NCBI GenBank assembly: GCA_016218975.1
Contig: JACRCO010000037.1
Span: 203,757 to 267,756, forward strand
DNA length: 64,000 nucleotides
Direction of reading: 5' to 3'
DNA from: Deltaproteobacteria bacterium
GTDB lineage: Bacteria > Desulfobacterota > Deferrimicrobia > Deferrimicrobiales > Deferrimicrobiaceae
Below the pieces are notes generated by a model. It saw only the letters and a program-made list of their open reading frames with translations, did no database searches and was not told where the DNA came from. The position numbers and the translations under genes are program-made. Below, one piece after another: positions 47,741-59,946 of the stretch; within the stretch, counting starts at the first letter, position 1, and each line of letters starts with the position of its first letter.

Positions 47741-49071
47741 CCGTTCTTCCTCCGGCGGAGCGAAAGAAGCCGTTCCACGATCGCGGCGTTCCTCTCCGTC
47801 GCGCCCCTGAATGCGGCCAGGAGTTCTCTTGCGCGCGTGCCCGTTTCGAACCCGGCAAGCGGATCCGCGGCGAAACGCGCAAGCAGCGCGGCAAGTTCGG
47901 TTGCATCCCCGACCTTGCATATCGCACCCGCATCGGTGAATATCTCCGCGATCTCCCGGAAGTTCCCCATGTGCGGCCCGACCACGGTGGGAACGCCGTA
48001 GAGGGCAGGCTCCAGGATATTATGCCCTCCCTTCGGCACGAGGCTTCCGCCGACGAAGGCGATGTCCGCCGCCGCATAGGCCGAGGAAAGTTCCCCCACG
48101 CTGTCCAGCAGGATCACCGGGGGCAGATTTTCCGCCGCATCCCGGGGCAGCAGCGTCCTCCGGACCGTTACGAAACCTTCCCGCCGGCAAAGATCTTCGA
48201 CGGAATCGAACCGCTCGGGGTGGCGGGGAGCCAGGAGGAGTTTCAGCGAGCCGTCCACGGATCTCCCCTTTTCGAAGGCGTGGAGGACGGCCTCCTCCTC
48301 CCCCTCATGGGTCGATCCCGCGACGAACCATCGCGTTTCCTCCTCCATTTTCCCCTTGAGCAGGGCGTGGAGCGGCGACATTCCCGCCGCCGGAGGCGCC
48401 ACGTCGAACTTCATGTTCCCGGTCACGGATACCGCCGCGGACGGGGCCCCGAGCGCCAGGAATCTGCGAGCGTCCTCCTCCGTCTGCGCCGTGATCGCCG
48501 AGAAGCAGGACAGCACCCGGGAGAACAGGAACCGGAACCGGGCGTACCCCCGGAAGGAACGCTCCGAGATCCTCCCGTTAACGATCATCGCCGGAATCCC
48601 CCGCTTCGAACATTCCGCGAGGAAATTCGGCCAGATCTCCGTTTCGAGGATAACCACGAGATCGGGACGCAGGCGGTCCAGGAACCTGGCGGCTGTGCAG
48701 GGCAGATCGAACGGAAAGTAGAATCGCGCGTCCGTTTCCCCTCCCAGCGCCTTCTCCGCGGTCTCCTGCCCGGTTACCGTCACCGTCGAGAACAGGATCT
48801 CGACGCCGGAAAGACGCCCGCGCAGCCTGCGGACGAGCGGCGCCGCGGAGAGGGTTTCACCCACCGACACGGCGTGGATCCAGATCCGTTCCCTGCCGGT
48901 CGCGGGAGGAACGCGCTCCATCCGCCGCCCCAATCGGTCCGGGAAATTCTTCCGCCGCCTGGGAGACAGCATGGCCCAGGGAATCCAGGCGGGGGAAAGC
49001 CCCAGCAGGGCGGCTCCCAGCAGGAAATTGTAGAGAAGGTGCACCCCGCTTCGGGGACGAAAGTCCTTCAT
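47737..49071 (-). CDS. waaA: Kdo transferase
   Basis: WIHAVSVGE, ETEIWPN, NGRIS, GSTHEGEE, APRHPER, GGHNILEP. Confidence 0.95.
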   Translation of the reverse strand: MKDFRPRSGVHLLYNFLLGAALLGLSPAWIPWAMLSPRRRKNFPDRLGRRMERVPPATGRERIWIHAVSVGETLSAAPLVRRLRGRLSGVEILFSTVTVTGQETAEKALGGETDARFYFPFDLPCTAARFLDRLRPDLVVILETEIWPNFLAECSKRGIPAMIVNGRISERSFRGYARFRFLFSRVLSCFSAITAQTEEDARRFLALGAPSAAVSVTGNMKFDVAPPAAGMSPLHALLKGKMEEETRWFVAGSTHEGEEEAVLHAFEKGRSVDGSLKLLLAPRHPERFDSVEDLCRREGFVTVRRTLLPRDAAENLPPVILLDSVGELSSAYAAADIAFVGGSLVPKGGHNILEPALYGVPTVVGPHMGNFREIAEIFTDAGAICKVGDATELAALLARFAADPLAGFETGTRARELLAAFRGATERNAAIVERLLSLRRRKNG

Positions 49072-49078
49072 GAAACCG

Positions 49079-50839
49079 TCACGCGGGATCGGCTCCGGTC
49101 ACGGCGCCGGTCCTCCGCTCCTCGAACTGCTTCAGATAGAAAGTGCGGTACCGCGTATCGGAGGAAAGGAGCTCCTCGTGGGTCCCCATTTCCACGATCC
49201 GCCCTTCCTCCACCACGAGGATCGTGTCGGCGTTCCTCACGGTGGAAAGACGGTGAGCGATGACGAAGACGGTCCTGCCTTTCATCAGCGTATCGAGCGC
49301 CTCCTGCACAACCGACTCGGATTCCGAGTCGAGAGCCGACGTCGCCTCGTCGAGGATCAGGATCGGCGCGTCCTTGAGCAGGGCGCGCGCTATGGCCAGC
49401 CGCTGGCGCTCGCCGCCGGACAGCATCAGCCCCTGTTCCCCGACCTCGGTGCCGTACCCGTTGCGCAGCCTGGAAATGAAACCGTGCGCGTTCGCACGCC
49501 TCGCCGCTTCCTCGATCTTCTCCGCGGGCGCGCCGGGCATCCCGTATGAGATGTTCGCCCGCACCGTGTCGTTGAACAGGATCGTGTGCTGGCTCACGAT
49601 GCCGATCTGCGAGCGGAGCGACGAAAGAGATACGTCCCGGATGTCCGTTCCGTCGATACGGATCACGCCGTTCTGCGGATCGTAGAAGCGCGGCAGGAGG
49701 TCGACGAGAGTCGTCTTGCCGGCGCCGCTGGAGCCCACGATCGCCACCATGGTCCCGGAGGGTACGGCCAGGGAGATATCCTTGAGGACGTAGTCCCCCT
49801 CGCCGTGATACCGGAAATCGACATGGTCGAATTCGATCCCGCGTGTGACCGGCGGAAGTTCCGGGGCCCCGGGCTTTTCCTCCACCTCCGGCAGGGTGTC
49901 GAGCACTTCGAACACGCGCTCCGCGGCGGCGATCCCCTGCTGGATGACGTTGTTGACGCGGGAAAGCCGCTTGACCGGCTCGTACAGCATGAAGAGCGCC
50001 GTCATGAAGGAGAAGAAATTCCCCGGGGAGCTGTATCCCTGGACGACGCTGTAGCCGCCGTAGAAGATCACCGCGGCGGCCCCGATCCCCGCGAACGTCT
50101 CCGACAGGGGGGATGTGAGCGCCTGTACCTTGACGATCTTCATGTTCAGCCGGTACAGGTCCGCGTTCTTCGCCGCGAAACGGTCCACCTCGTACTCTTC
50201 CGCCCCGAAAGACTTGACCAGCTTTGCGCCGCTGATCGTTTCCTGCAGATGGGTGGTCAGGCCTCCTGTGACTTCCTGGGTCTGTATGCTGGTCCGCCGC
50301 AGCTTGCGGCCGAACCGGTAGATCGGCCAGAAGGCCAGCGGGAACGCGATCAGGGCGATGAGCGCCAGCCTCCAGTCCCTGTAAAACACCACTCCGATGA
50401 GGAAGATCCCGGTGAAGAAATCCTTGATGAGCCCGGTGACGGCGTCGGTGACGGCTCCCTGCATGAGCCCTACGTCGTTCATGACGCGGGACATCAGGAC
50501 GCCGGTCGGGTGCCTCATGTAGAAGGACAGCGAGAGCGACTGCAGGTGCCGGTACAGGTGCTCGCGGATGTCCCGGATCACCTTCTGCCCCACTCCGCTC
50601 ATAAGATATTGCTGCGAGAACTCGAGCACGGCCTTCGACAGGTAGACGCCGAGTACAAGGAGCGGGATGAGAGCCAGCTTCGAGACGTCCTTCTTGATGA
50701 ATATGTCGTCGAGCGCCGGCTTCACGAGGAATGCGATCGATCCGTGGAATGCGGACACCGCGACCATGAAGACCATCGCGATGAGGAGCCGCGGCATGTA
50801 AGGCCGGACGTATTCGAGCATCCGGCGATAGACGGTCAT
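49079..50839 (-). CDS. msbA: Lipid A flippase ABC transporter
   Basis: TMD plus NBD (GSSGAGKTT, LSGGERQR, DEATSALD, IAHRLST); lies between lpxB and waaA. Confidence 0.92.
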   Translation of the reverse strand: MTVYRRMLEYVRPYMPRLLIAMVFMVAVSAFHGSIAFLVKPALDDIFIKKDVSKLALIPLLVLGVYLSKAVLEFSQQYLMSGVGQKVIRDIREHLYRHLQSLSLSFYMRHPTGVLMSRVMNDVGLMQGAVTDAVTGLIKDFFTGIFLIGVVFYRDWRLALIALIAFPLAFWPIYRFGRKLRRTSIQTQEVTGGLTTHLQETISGAKLVKSFGAEEYEVDRFAAKNADLYRLNMKIVKVQALTSPLSETFAGIGAAAVIFYGGYSVVQGYSSPGNFFSFMTALFMLYEPVKRLSRVNNVIQQGIAAAERVFEVLDTLPEVEEKPGAPELPPVTRGIEFDHVDFRYHGEGDYVLKDISLAVPSGTMVAIVGSSGAGKTTLVDLLPRFYDPQNGVIRIDGTDIRDVSLSSLRSQIGIVSQHTILFNDTVRANISYGMPGAPAEKIEEAARRANAHGFISRLRNGYGTEVGEQGLMLSGGERQRLAIARALLKDAPILILDEATSALDSESESVVQEALDTLMKGRTVFVIAHRLSTVRNADTILVVEEGRIVEMGTHEELLSSDTRYRTFYLKQFEERRTGAVTGADPA

Positions 50840-51990
50840 GCCCATGATTCCCCCGCAGCCTGCGCCAGCATGTCCACGACCGCCCCGGAAGGTCCCGGGC
50901 CCGTCAGTTTTTCCCTCAAGGAACGGCACCTGGCCGCCAGGGTTTCCCTCCGTCCGGCATCCTCCAACAGGCCAAGGATCTCTCCGGCGACCCGGTCCGG
51001 GCGGCATTCCGCCTGGATCAGCTCCGGCAGAAACGGAAGGCCGTCCACGATGTTCGGCAATCCGATGGAGGACACCTTCGCCAGCCGCTTTCCCAACTGG
51101 TAAGTCACTTCCGACGTGCGATACACGATCACGGCAGGGACCCCCAGGAGCGCCAGTTCCAGCGTCACTGTTCCCGATGCGGCCGCCGCCGCGGCCATTC
51201 CCCGGAACAGAAGGTGGCGGTCCCGCTCGACAACCGTCACCGGAAGCCCGCTTCCGCGAAGGACGCCTTCCACGATTCCCCGGAACCTGGGTGAAGCCAG
51301 GGGCACCGCGAAATGGACTTCGGGATGATCCTTCGCGATCCGTCCGGCGGCCTCGACCATGACGGGGAAGTGCGCATGGATTTCGCCGGGCCTGCTCCCC
51401 GGCAGCAGGCCGACCAGCCGCTTCCCAGGCGGAATACCGAATCGGGCCGGATCCGGCGAAGCGTCGAGCCACGGGGCGAGTTCGTCCAGAAGCGGATGTC
51501 CCGCGAACCTGGCATTGACACCCTCGCCCCTTAGCATCGGCTCCTCGAACGGAAAAATAACCACCACCCCGTCCGTGAAGGATGAAAGCTCCCTGGCCCG
51601 ACCTCTTCTCCACGCCCAAAGCTGCGGAGGGATGTAGTAGATCACCGGAACGTTCCTCGCATGCGCCTTCCGCCCGACCCTGAAGTTGAAATCCGGGAAA
51701 TCCACGAGAAGCACCGCGCCGACATCCGGCCTTGAAGCTCTCCGCACCGCCTGCCGGAGCGCGGAGACCACCGCCGGCAGATGGCGGACCACCTCCGTGA
51801 TTCCCACGACGGAAATCGTACCGTAGTCCAGAAGGAGCCGCACCCCTTCCGCCGCGAGGCGCGAGCTGCCGATCCCTTCCATCGGGACGCGCGGGAATCG
51901 GCGGCGAAACGCCCTGGCGACGCTGGCGGCATAGGTTTCCCCCGACGGCTCGCCACAGACGATGAAAAGGGTCTTCGGTCCAGTGTTCAA
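50836..51990 (-). CDS. lpxB: Lipid-A-disaccharide synthase
   Basis: GEPSGE, DFPDFN, PPQLWAWR, GHPL, LPGSR, SGTVTLE, LPNI, PELIQ. Confidence 0.95.
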   Translation of the reverse strand: MNTGPKTLFIVCGEPSGETYAASVARAFRRRFPRVPMEGIGSSRLAAEGVRLLLDYGTISVVGITEVVRHLPAVVSALRQAVRRASRPDVGAVLLVDFPDFNFRVGRKAHARNVPVIYYIPPQLWAWRRGRARELSSFTDGVVVIFPFEEPMLRGEGVNARFAGHPLLDELAPWLDASPDPARFGIPPGKRLVGLLPGSRPGEIHAHFPVMVEAAGRIAKDHPEVHFAVPLASPRFRGIVEGVLRGSGLPVTVVERDRHLLFRGMAAAAAASGTVTLELALLGVPAVIVYRTSEVTYQLGKRLAKVSSIGLPNIVDGLPFLPELIQAECRPDRVAGEILGLLEDAGRRETLAARCRSLREKLTGPGPSGAVVDMLAQAAGESWA

Positions 51991-52937
51991 CGTCTCCTCA
52001 TCTTCCGCAGGATGCGGAATGCCAGGTCGAGCGCGGCAAGGCCTTCCACACCGGATACAAGAGGCGATTTCCCCCCGCCGACGCAATCGAAAAACGACCG
52101 GATCTCGTCCCGAAGGGAATCCCCCTTCTCCGTCTCGAGAAGCTCCCCGGATATTTCGGGCAAATCCTTCGTTCCGTGCGGATATGTCCTGCGGAATATC
52201 TGGATCGAGTGCTCGACGAAATCCATCGAGACGTACGCATCTTCCTGGAAGATGCGGATTTTCCGCTGCTTCTTCGCGGATACCCTGCTGGCCGTGACAT
52301 TGGCGACGCAGCCGCTTGCGAATGTCAGCCGCGCGTTGGCGATGTCTATGTTGGAGGACACGACCGGGACCCCGACCGCGTGAATGCGAGTCACGGGGGA
52401 GCGGACGAAAGAAAGGATCAGGTCGATGTCGTGGATCATCAAGTCGAGCACCACGTCTACGTCCGTCCCGCGTCCTCCGAACGGCCCCAACCGGTGGCAT
52501 TCGATGAACCTCGGCTCGGTCAGTATGGAGGCCGCATCCCGCACCGCGGGGTTGAACCGCTCCACGTGCCCGATCTGGAACACGAGATTCCGCTCCGCAG
52601 CCTCCCGCACCAGGGTCCTCGCCTGACGCAGGTTCGCGGTGATCGGCTTCTCCAGCAGCACGTGTACGCCGGCGCGCATCGCGTCCATCGCAACGGCGAA
52701 GTGGGCCGTCGTCGGAACCGCGATGGACACGGCGTCCACCTCATTGAGCAGGCTCCTGTGGTCCTTGAAAAACGCCGTCCCGCATTCCCTTGCGACGTTC
52801 TTCCCGTGGTCGGGGTTCAGATCGCACACCCCGACGAACCGGAGGTCCTGGAACGACGAGATCTTCTGGGCGTGGAGCCGTCCGAGGTACCCGACACCGA
52901 TCACCCCCGCCCTGAGCGCTCCGCTCACCATCGGCAT
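51987..52937 (-). CDS. Gfo/Idh/MocA oxidoreductase, GnnA-like
   Basis: GVGYLG, EKPI, GHVERFNP, DLMIHDID, TASRVS; lies between lpxA and lpxB. Confidence 0.85.
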   Translation of the reverse strand: MPMVSGALRAGVIGVGYLGRLHAQKISSFQDLRFVGVCDLNPDHGKNVARECGTAFFKDHRSLLNEVDAVSIAVPTTAHFAVAMDAMRAGVHVLLEKPITANLRQARTLVREAAERNLVFQIGHVERFNPAVRDAASILTEPRFIECHRLGPFGGRGTDVDVVLDLMIHDIDLILSFVRSPVTRIHAVGVPVVSSNIDIANARLTFASGCVANVTASRVSAKKQRKIRIFQEDAYVSMDFVEHSIQIFRRTYPHGTKDLPEISGELLETEKGDSLRDEIRSFFDCVGGGKSPLVSGVEGLAALDLAFRILRKMRRR

Positions 52938-52945
52938 CCCCTTCC

Positions 52946-53728
52946 TTATCGCAGCACCCCGCGTTTGCTGGAGCGTATGAATTCGAGCAGGCGTATCACC
53001 TCCGGAAGCTGCGTCACCTCCGATTCCACCTTCGCCGTTGCTTCCCCCATGGGCGTCCCCGACCTGAAAAGGATCCTGTACGCCGCTTTCAGCGCCGCGA
53101 TGGCCTCATCGGAAAACCGGTTCCGCTTGAGGCCGATGAGGTTCAGACCGTAGAGCGAAGGCCCCTTCTGCGGCCGCGCGACCACGGCGGTCACGTACGG
53201 CGGGACGTCCTGAGGCACCCCGGAAAGCGCTCCCACCATCGCGAACTCACCTATCCGGACGAACTGGTGGACTCCGACCAGGCCGCCTATGATGGCTGAG
53301 TCGCCCACCTCGACGTGGCCCGCCAGCGTCGCCGCGTTGGCGATCACCACCCGGCTCCCGACCCGGCAGTCGTGGGCCACGTGGCTATACGCCATGAGGA
53401 GCGTTCCGTTCCCGACTTTCGTCACACCCGTCCCGTGGGATGTGCCCCGGTTCACGGTCACGTATTCCCGTATCGTGTTCCCGTCGCCCATTTCCACCCA
53501 GGTTTCCTCTCCCTTGAACTTTAGGTCCTGCGGGGGAGCCCCGATGGAAGCGAAGGGGGATACGCGGTTTTCCTTCCCCATCCGGACGTGGGATTCGATC
53601 ACCGCGTGCGATCCGATCCGGCACCGGTCGCCGATCTCGACCTTCGGCCCGATCACGGCGTAGGGTCCGACCTCGACGCCGTCGCCCAGCCTAGCGTCAG
53701 GATCGACGATGGCCGTGGGATGGATCAT
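52946..53728 (-). CDS. lpxA: UDP-N-acetylglucosamine acyltransferase
   Basis: IHPTAIV, PQDLK, IREYVTVNRGT, HVAHDC, LAGHV, HQFVRIG. Confidence 0.96.
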   Translation of the reverse strand: MIHPTAIVDPDARLGDGVEVGPYAVIGPKVEIGDRCRIGSHAVIESHVRMGKENRVSPFASIGAPPQDLKFKGEETWVEMGDGNTIREYVTVNRGTSHGTGVTKVGNGTLLMAYSHVAHDCRVGSRVVIANAATLAGHVEVGDSAIIGGLVGVHQFVRIGEFAMVGALSGVPQDVPPYVTAVVARPQKGPSLYGLNLIGLKRNRFSDEAIAALKAAYRILFRSGTPMGEATAKVESEVTQLPEVIRLLEFIRSSKRGVLR

Positions 53729-54186
53729 TTCGCGGCTCCTTCCTGGGCCTTTTCCGCGAATGCGTCCCGGATCGTGGCTGTCAGGTCGGCCTCCGCCACG
53801 AGCGCGTCTCCGACCCTCGCCTCGCCGTGCATCTTCCATACCGGCCCCTTGTGGGCCGTTATCGTCACGTTCAGGATGAGCTGGTCTCCCGGCACCACTG
53901 GCCGGCGGAACCGGCAGTTATCGATCGCCGCGAAGTATGCGAGCTTCTTCTCGCCTCCCAGCGCCAGCAAGGCGAATATCCCCCCCGTCTGCGCCAGCGC
54001 CTCCACGATCAGGACTCCGGGCATGATTGGAATTCCGGGGAAGTGTCCCGTGAAAAACGGCTCGTTTATCGTGACGTTCTTCAGTCCCACGATGGACTTG
54101 CCCGGCACCATCTCTACTATCCGGTCGACCATCAGGAACGGGTAGCGGTGCGGCAGGAGGTTCATGATCTCCTGGATCGTGATCAT
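53725..54186 (-). CDS. fabZ: 3-hydroxyacyl-ACP dehydratase
   Basis: LPHRYPFLMVD, FFTGHFP, PGVLIVEALAQ. Confidence 0.96.
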   Translation of the reverse strand: MITIQEIMNLLPHRYPFLMVDRIVEMVPGKSIVGLKNVTINEPFFTGHFPGIPIMPGVLIVEALAQTGGIFALLALGGEKKLAYFAAIDNCRFRRPVVPGDQLILNVTITAHKGPVWKMHGEARVGDALVAEADLTATIRDAFAEKAQEGAAK

Positions 54187-54187
54187 C

Positions 54188-55219
54188 TCATCCCTCCCCT
54201 TTCTGTTTTTTCCCTTCTTCCAGCCGTTTCACCCTTTTGAACAATTCGGGCAGATTCGGAAGCAGGGTCGCAAGCCGCAGCCACGCCTGGTGCGGAATGG
54301 CAGGGGTGCCCGACCAGGCCCGTGAATCCTTCGCCTTCAGCGTGCCCGCGATCCCCGCCTGCGCCCCGACCATGACGCCGTCCTCCACCTCGAGGTGCCC
54401 CGCGAAGCCCGCCTGCCCGCCGATCATCACCCTGCTGCCTATCTTTACACTCCCGGAGATTCCCGCCTGCGCCGCGATCACGGTGTCCGACCCGATGGCG
54501 ACATTGTGCGCGACCTGCACGAGGTTGTCGATCTTCGTGCCCTTGCCGATCTTCGTTACGCCGAGCGCCGCCCTGTCCACCGTTGTGTTCGCCCCTATTT
54601 CCACGTCGTCCCCGATCTCGACCGTCCCCACCTGCGGGAAATTCCGGTACCCTTCGGGGGAGGGAGCGAATCCGAACCCGTCGCTCCCTATCACGCACCC
54701 CGCATGCAGGATGACGCGGGACCCGACGCGGACGTCATGGTACAGGACGACGTTGGGATAAAGCAGGCAATCCTCGCCGACGGAAGCGCCCCTTCCGACG
54801 AATACGCCCGGGAAAAGCACGGTCCGGTCCCCTATGGACGCCCCATCCTCGACGACGGCGAACGGCGCCGCGCTCACTTCCTTTCCCAGGATGGCTCCCG
54901 GGTGGATGGATGCGGAAGGCGAGATCCCGGCCGGCGGGCGGACGGGAGGATGGAACAACTCGACCAGGCAGGCGAAGGCGAAGTACGGGTTCCCTGAAAT
55001 CAGGAACGCGGCGCGCGAGCCTTCCACGCGGCTCCTGGCCACGATGGCAGCCGCTTTCGTCTCGCGCGCGAACCGCGCATACTTCGGGTTCGAAAGGAAC
55101 GTCACCTCGCCGGGGCCGGCTTCCTCTATTGGGGCTACACCGCCCACGACGGCGTCCTCGCCGTCCAGCGCCGCCCCGATGCGCGCCGCGATTTCGGACA
55201 GGCGGAACTTATTTTCCAC
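54188..55219 (-). CDS. lpxD: UDP-3-O-acyl-glucosamine N-acyltransferase
   Basis: [35 protein letters not shown]. Confidence 0.95.
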   Translation of the reverse strand: MENKFRLSEIAARIGAALDGEDAVVGGVAPIEEAGPGEVTFLSNPKYARFARETKAAAIVARSRVEGSRAAFLISGNPYFAFACLVELFHPPVRPPAGISPSASIHPGAILGKEVSAAPFAVVEDGASIGDRTVLFPGVFVGRGASVGEDCLLYPNVVLYHDVRVGSRVILHAGCVIGSDGFGFAPSPEGYRNFPQVGTVEIGDDVEIGANTTVDRAALGVTKIGKGTKIDNLVQVAHNVAIGSDTVIAAQAGISGSVKIGSRVMIGGQAGFAGHLEVEDGVMVGAQAGIAGTLKAKDSRAWSGTPAIPHQAWLRLATLLPNLPELFKRVKRLEEGKKQKGEG

Positions 55220-55745
55220 CAAGCTTCTCCTTGTTGACCAGTTCCAGTACTTTCGCCGTGATGTCCAGGGACGGGCTGAAATGCACGACGCCGCCCTGCG
55301 TCTGGTCCAGGACAAGGTCGATCTTCTCCTTCCCCACGAACTTGTCGAGCTGCGCCTTGACCGATTTGAGCACTTCCTGCGTAAGCTCGCCCTGACGCGA
55401 CTGCATCTCCTTCTCCGCTTCCTGGGTAAGCTGGCGCAGTTCGGCTATCTTGCCGTTCAGCGCGTCTTCCTTCTCCTTCAGTTTTTCCTTGCCGAGGATG
55501 ATCTTCTGCTTGTCGATCTCGTCCTTGATCTTCTTCGCCTCTTCCTGCTTCTCCTCCACCTTTTTCTTGAGCTCCTCGTACCTGCTTTCGATCTTCTTCT
55601 TCGCCGTCTTGCCCGCTTCGGATTCGTTCAGGATCTTGTTCACGTCGATCACCGCCACCTTCAAGCCTTCGGCGAACGCCCCGCCGGCGAACAGAAGCGC
55701 CGCCGCGACGACCGCCGCCATCCACAACTCCCTTCCCTTTCCCAT
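55209..55745 (-). CDS. skp: Skp/OmpH chaperone
   Basis: Signal peptide, KVAVIDV, long coiled coil, DITAKVL; lies between bamA and lpxD. Confidence 0.92.
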   Translation of the reverse strand: MGKGRELWMAAVVAAALLFAGGAFAEGLKVAVIDVNKILNESEAGKTAKKKIESRYEELKKKVEEKQEEAKKIKDEIDKQKIILGKEKLKEKEDALNGKIAELRQLTQEAEKEMQSRQGELTQEVLKSVKAQLDKFVGKEKIDLVLDQTQGGVVHFSPSLDITAKVLELVNKEKLGGK

Positions 55746-55760
55746 CGTCGTCCTCCCGGA

Positions 55761-58034
55761 TTAAAATACCGTCCCTATCGTAAACTCGGCCACCCGCTTC
55801 GATTCGCCGGGGGCCGGTTTCAGATTCCATCCGAATTCGAACCTGAGGGGCCCCATCGGCGAATACCAGCGGATCCCCGTGCCGGCCGCATACTTCAGGC
55901 CCGGTCCGTTCCAGGGCCAATCTCCCTGGCGGTAAGCGTTCCCCGCGTCGAAGAACACGACTCCCTTGAAGCCGTATTCCCCGACTATGGGGAAGATGTA
56001 CTCCACGTTCATGAACAGCTCCTTGTTGCCCCCGATCAGCTCGCCGGTATTCGGGTCCTTCGGAGAAACGGTGCGCGCCTTGAATCCCCTGATGCTGTAA
56101 GGCCCCCCGAGGAAAAACCGCTCGAAGATAGGCACCCTTCCTCCCACCGTCGTGATCGTGTGCCCCCAGAGGATGTTCGCGCTCAAGACCGTCGGGGGGA
56201 ATATCGAATAATATTTCCGCGCGTTGAGGAAGTATTTGACGAAATCGCTGTCCCCCCCCAAGGGGCCTCCCGCGTACTCGAGCGTCGCCGACTGGACCGA
56301 GCCTTTCGACGGGTCGAACATCTTGTCCGTCGTGTTGCGCGTGATGCTCGGGGAGATGCTGCGGGTCTTCTGCGTACCCTTGCTGAACTCTTCCTTCAGG
56401 ATGGTCGAGGCCGCGGAGCCCGGGTCCGTTATCAGAGTCTCGTCCATGCGGAAGGATACGCTGGCCACGGTGTATTTCGTGAACTGGTAGCCCACCCCGA
56501 TCTTTCCTCCCTTCGCACGGCGGCGGAAGTCAGGGTACTTCACGTCCGTCTTGTAGGCGCTGAGGAGAAGGCTGTAGTCCGTGTCGAAAATGTGGGGATC
56601 GCGGAAATCGAGCTGGTAGACGGTCCGCCTCGCGCCGAACTGAGAGCTCAAGGAGGCCTTCCAGCCCCGGCCGAAAAGGTTGTTCTCGGTCAACTGGATT
56701 ACGCCGAAGATCTTGTCGAGCGAGCTGTACCCCGCTCCGCCCGACAGCGTCCCCGTCGGGCCTTCCTGCACGTCGACCTTCACGTCCATCTGGCCGGGAG
56801 TTTTCGACGGCGCCGTGGTGATCTTGACGTCCTTGAAATAGGAAGTTCTGCCGAGGTTCTCCTTGCTCTCTTTCAGCCCGGTTGCGGTGTAGATCAGCCC
56901 GTCCTCGACCTCGAGCTCCCTGCGGATGATCCGGTCGAGCGTCTTCGAATTTCCCGTGATCTCGACCCTGCCGAACCGGAATTTCCCTCCGCGGTCCGTC
57001 TTGATCGTCAGGTCGGCCACCGGATATTCCTTGCGCTTCTCGACGATCGGGGAAACGATCGCCTGCGCATACCCCTTGTCGTTATGAAGCGTCGTCAGCT
57101 CGAGGAGGTCTGCCAGGAGCACCTCCCGGTTCATGACTTCTCCCCGTTTGAGCTTTACCGCCTTGCGAAGGTCCGCCTCCGGGATATCGCTTTCCCCCGT
57201 GAACCGGATCTGCCCCACGCGATACTGGCGGCCTTCGAACACGTGGATGGTTATCTCCAGCCCCTTCTTGCCGCGCTTCACCATCGGATCGGATATCTTT
57301 GAATCGAGAAAGCCGTTGTTCTGGTAGAGTGCCTCGATCTTTCGGATGTCGTTCTCGATGACGTCCTTCTTGAACGTGCCCGACTCGGTGAGGAAGGACC
57401 AGAACCCCTTTTCGCTCGTGTCCATCTGCTTCAGTATGGTTTTCCCCGGGAAATAGAGGTTCCCCGTTACGCGCATCTTGACGATCTTGAGCTTTTCTCC
57501 CTCCTCGATGCGGAACCCCACCCTCATCGAGCCGTCGGCCTCCTCCTCCACCTTCGAGTTGACCGTGGTGTCGAAAAATCCCTTGTTCTGGTACAGCTCC
57601 AGGACCTTCCGGGCCGACTCCTTGGCCTGGTCTTCCTTGAAGAGGTTCCGCTCCTTGACGGTGAGGGCGGCCCGGATGTCCGCCGCTTCCACCTCCTTGT
57701 TCCCTTCGATCCGGACGGAAGAAACGATCGGCTTTTCCGTCACGATGATCGTGATCCTGTAGCCGCCGGGAACTTCCTCGGCGTCGAACCTGACGTCCGT
57801 GAAGTACCCCATCCGGTAGACCGCCTTCACGTCCTCCCGTATCCTGGCAAGGTCGAATTCCCCCCCCGCCTTCGTCTTCATCGCCTGGCGTATGGCGTCG
57901 GCGCCGGCCCGTTTCGCCCCCTGCACGTCGACGGCCACGACGCGAAATTCCCCCGACCCGGCCTTTACGGCGGGAGGCGCGGCCATCAGCCAGGCCGCGA
58001 CGGCGCAAGCCGCCGCCATCGCCCGCAACCTCAC
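55761..58034 (-). CDS. bamA: Outer membrane protein assembly factor
   Basis: POTRA repeats, ENNLFGRG, ERFFLGG..SIRGF, WYSPMGPL, C-terminal IGTVF. Confidence 0.95.
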   Translation of the reverse strand: MRLRAMAAACAVAAWLMAAPPAVKAGSGEFRVVAVDVQGAKRAGADAIRQAMKTKAGGEFDLARIREDVKAVYRMGYFTDVRFDAEEVPGGYRITIIVTEKPIVSSVRIEGNKEVEAADIRAALTVKERNLFKEDQAKESARKVLELYQNKGFFDTTVNSKVEEEADGSMRVGFRIEEGEKLKIVKMRVTGNLYFPGKTILKQMDTSEKGFWSFLTESGTFKKDVIENDIRKIEALYQNNGFLDSKISDPMVKRGKKGLEITIHVFEGRQYRVGQIRFTGESDIPEADLRKAVKLKRGEVMNREVLLADLLELTTLHNDKGYAQAIVSPIVEKRKEYPVADLTIKTDRGGKFRFGRVEITGNSKTLDRIIRRELEVEDGLIYTATGLKESKENLGRTSYFKDVKITTAPSKTPGQMDVKVDVQEGPTGTLSGGAGYSSLDKIFGVIQLTENNLFGRGWKASLSSQFGARRTVYQLDFRDPHIFDTDYSLLLSAYKTDVKYPDFRRRAKGGKIGVGYQFTKYTVASVSFRMDETLITDPGSAASTILKEEFSKGTQKTRSISPSITRNTTDKMFDPSKGSVQSATLEYAGGPLGGDSDFVKYFLNARKYYSIFPPTVLSANILWGHTITTVGGRVPIFERFFLGGPYSIRGFKARTVSPKDPNTGELIGGNKELFMNVEYIFPIVGEYGFKGVVFFDAGNAYRQGDWPWNGPGLKYAAGTGIRWYSPMGPLRFEFGWNLKPAPGESKRVAEFTIGTVF

Positions 58035-58703
58035 GCCACGACCCTCCCGTCGTCGATGCGTATGACGCGGTTCAACCGCCCGGCCAGTTCCTCGTTATGG
58101 GTGACCATCATCAGCGTGAGTCCACGTTTCCGGTTGAGATCCATCAGCAGGTCGAATACCCCCCTCGCCGTATCCTTGTCCAGGTTGCCCGTCGGTTCGT
58201 CGGCCAGGAGCACGGACGGCTCCATCGCAAGCGCGCGGCAGATCGCCACGCGCTGCTGTTCCCCCCCGGACAGCTCTCCGATTCGATGGTCGATACGCTC
58301 CGACAGCCCCACTTCGGAAAGAAGCGCCTCCGCCCTCCTGCCGGCGTCCTCCCGGTCCATCCCGGAAATCATGCAGGGGAGCATCACGTTCTCCCTTGCG
58401 TCGAATTCCGGCAGGAGGTGATGGAACTGGAATACGAACCCGATCGTCCGGTTCCGGAACCCGGCCAGCTCTTCCTCGGGCAGGGCCGTCAGATCGCGGC
58501 CTTCATAGAAGACCGACCCCGATGTCGCCCGGTCCAGCGTTCCCACGATCTGGAGGAGCGTGGTCTTTCCCGCTCCCGAAACCCCCACGACGCCGAGCGT
58601 TTCTCCGCGATCGACGGAAAGGTCGACCCCCTTGAGGACTTCCAGCGGTCCGCCGCGCCTGGGGAAGTGCTTCCTCAGGCCTTCGACGCGGATCAGGGGG
58701 CCG

Positions 58704-58711
<8 letters not shown>
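58031..58711 (-). CDS. lolD: Lipoprotein-releasing ABC ATPase
   Basis: GVSGAGKTT, FQFHHLLPEF, LSGGEQQR, ADEPTGNLD. Confidence 0.93.
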
Positions 58712-59939
<1,228 letters not shown>

Positions 59940-59946
59940 ACCGCGG

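Noticed and set aside
54834-57302. 822-aa plus-strand ORF, and similar long antisense ORFs (20681-22189, 38409-39821, 60064-61545, 61554-62930 and others)
   Set aside because: They lie antisense to well-supported genes, have no recognisable motifs, and are expected shadows of high-GC codon usage.
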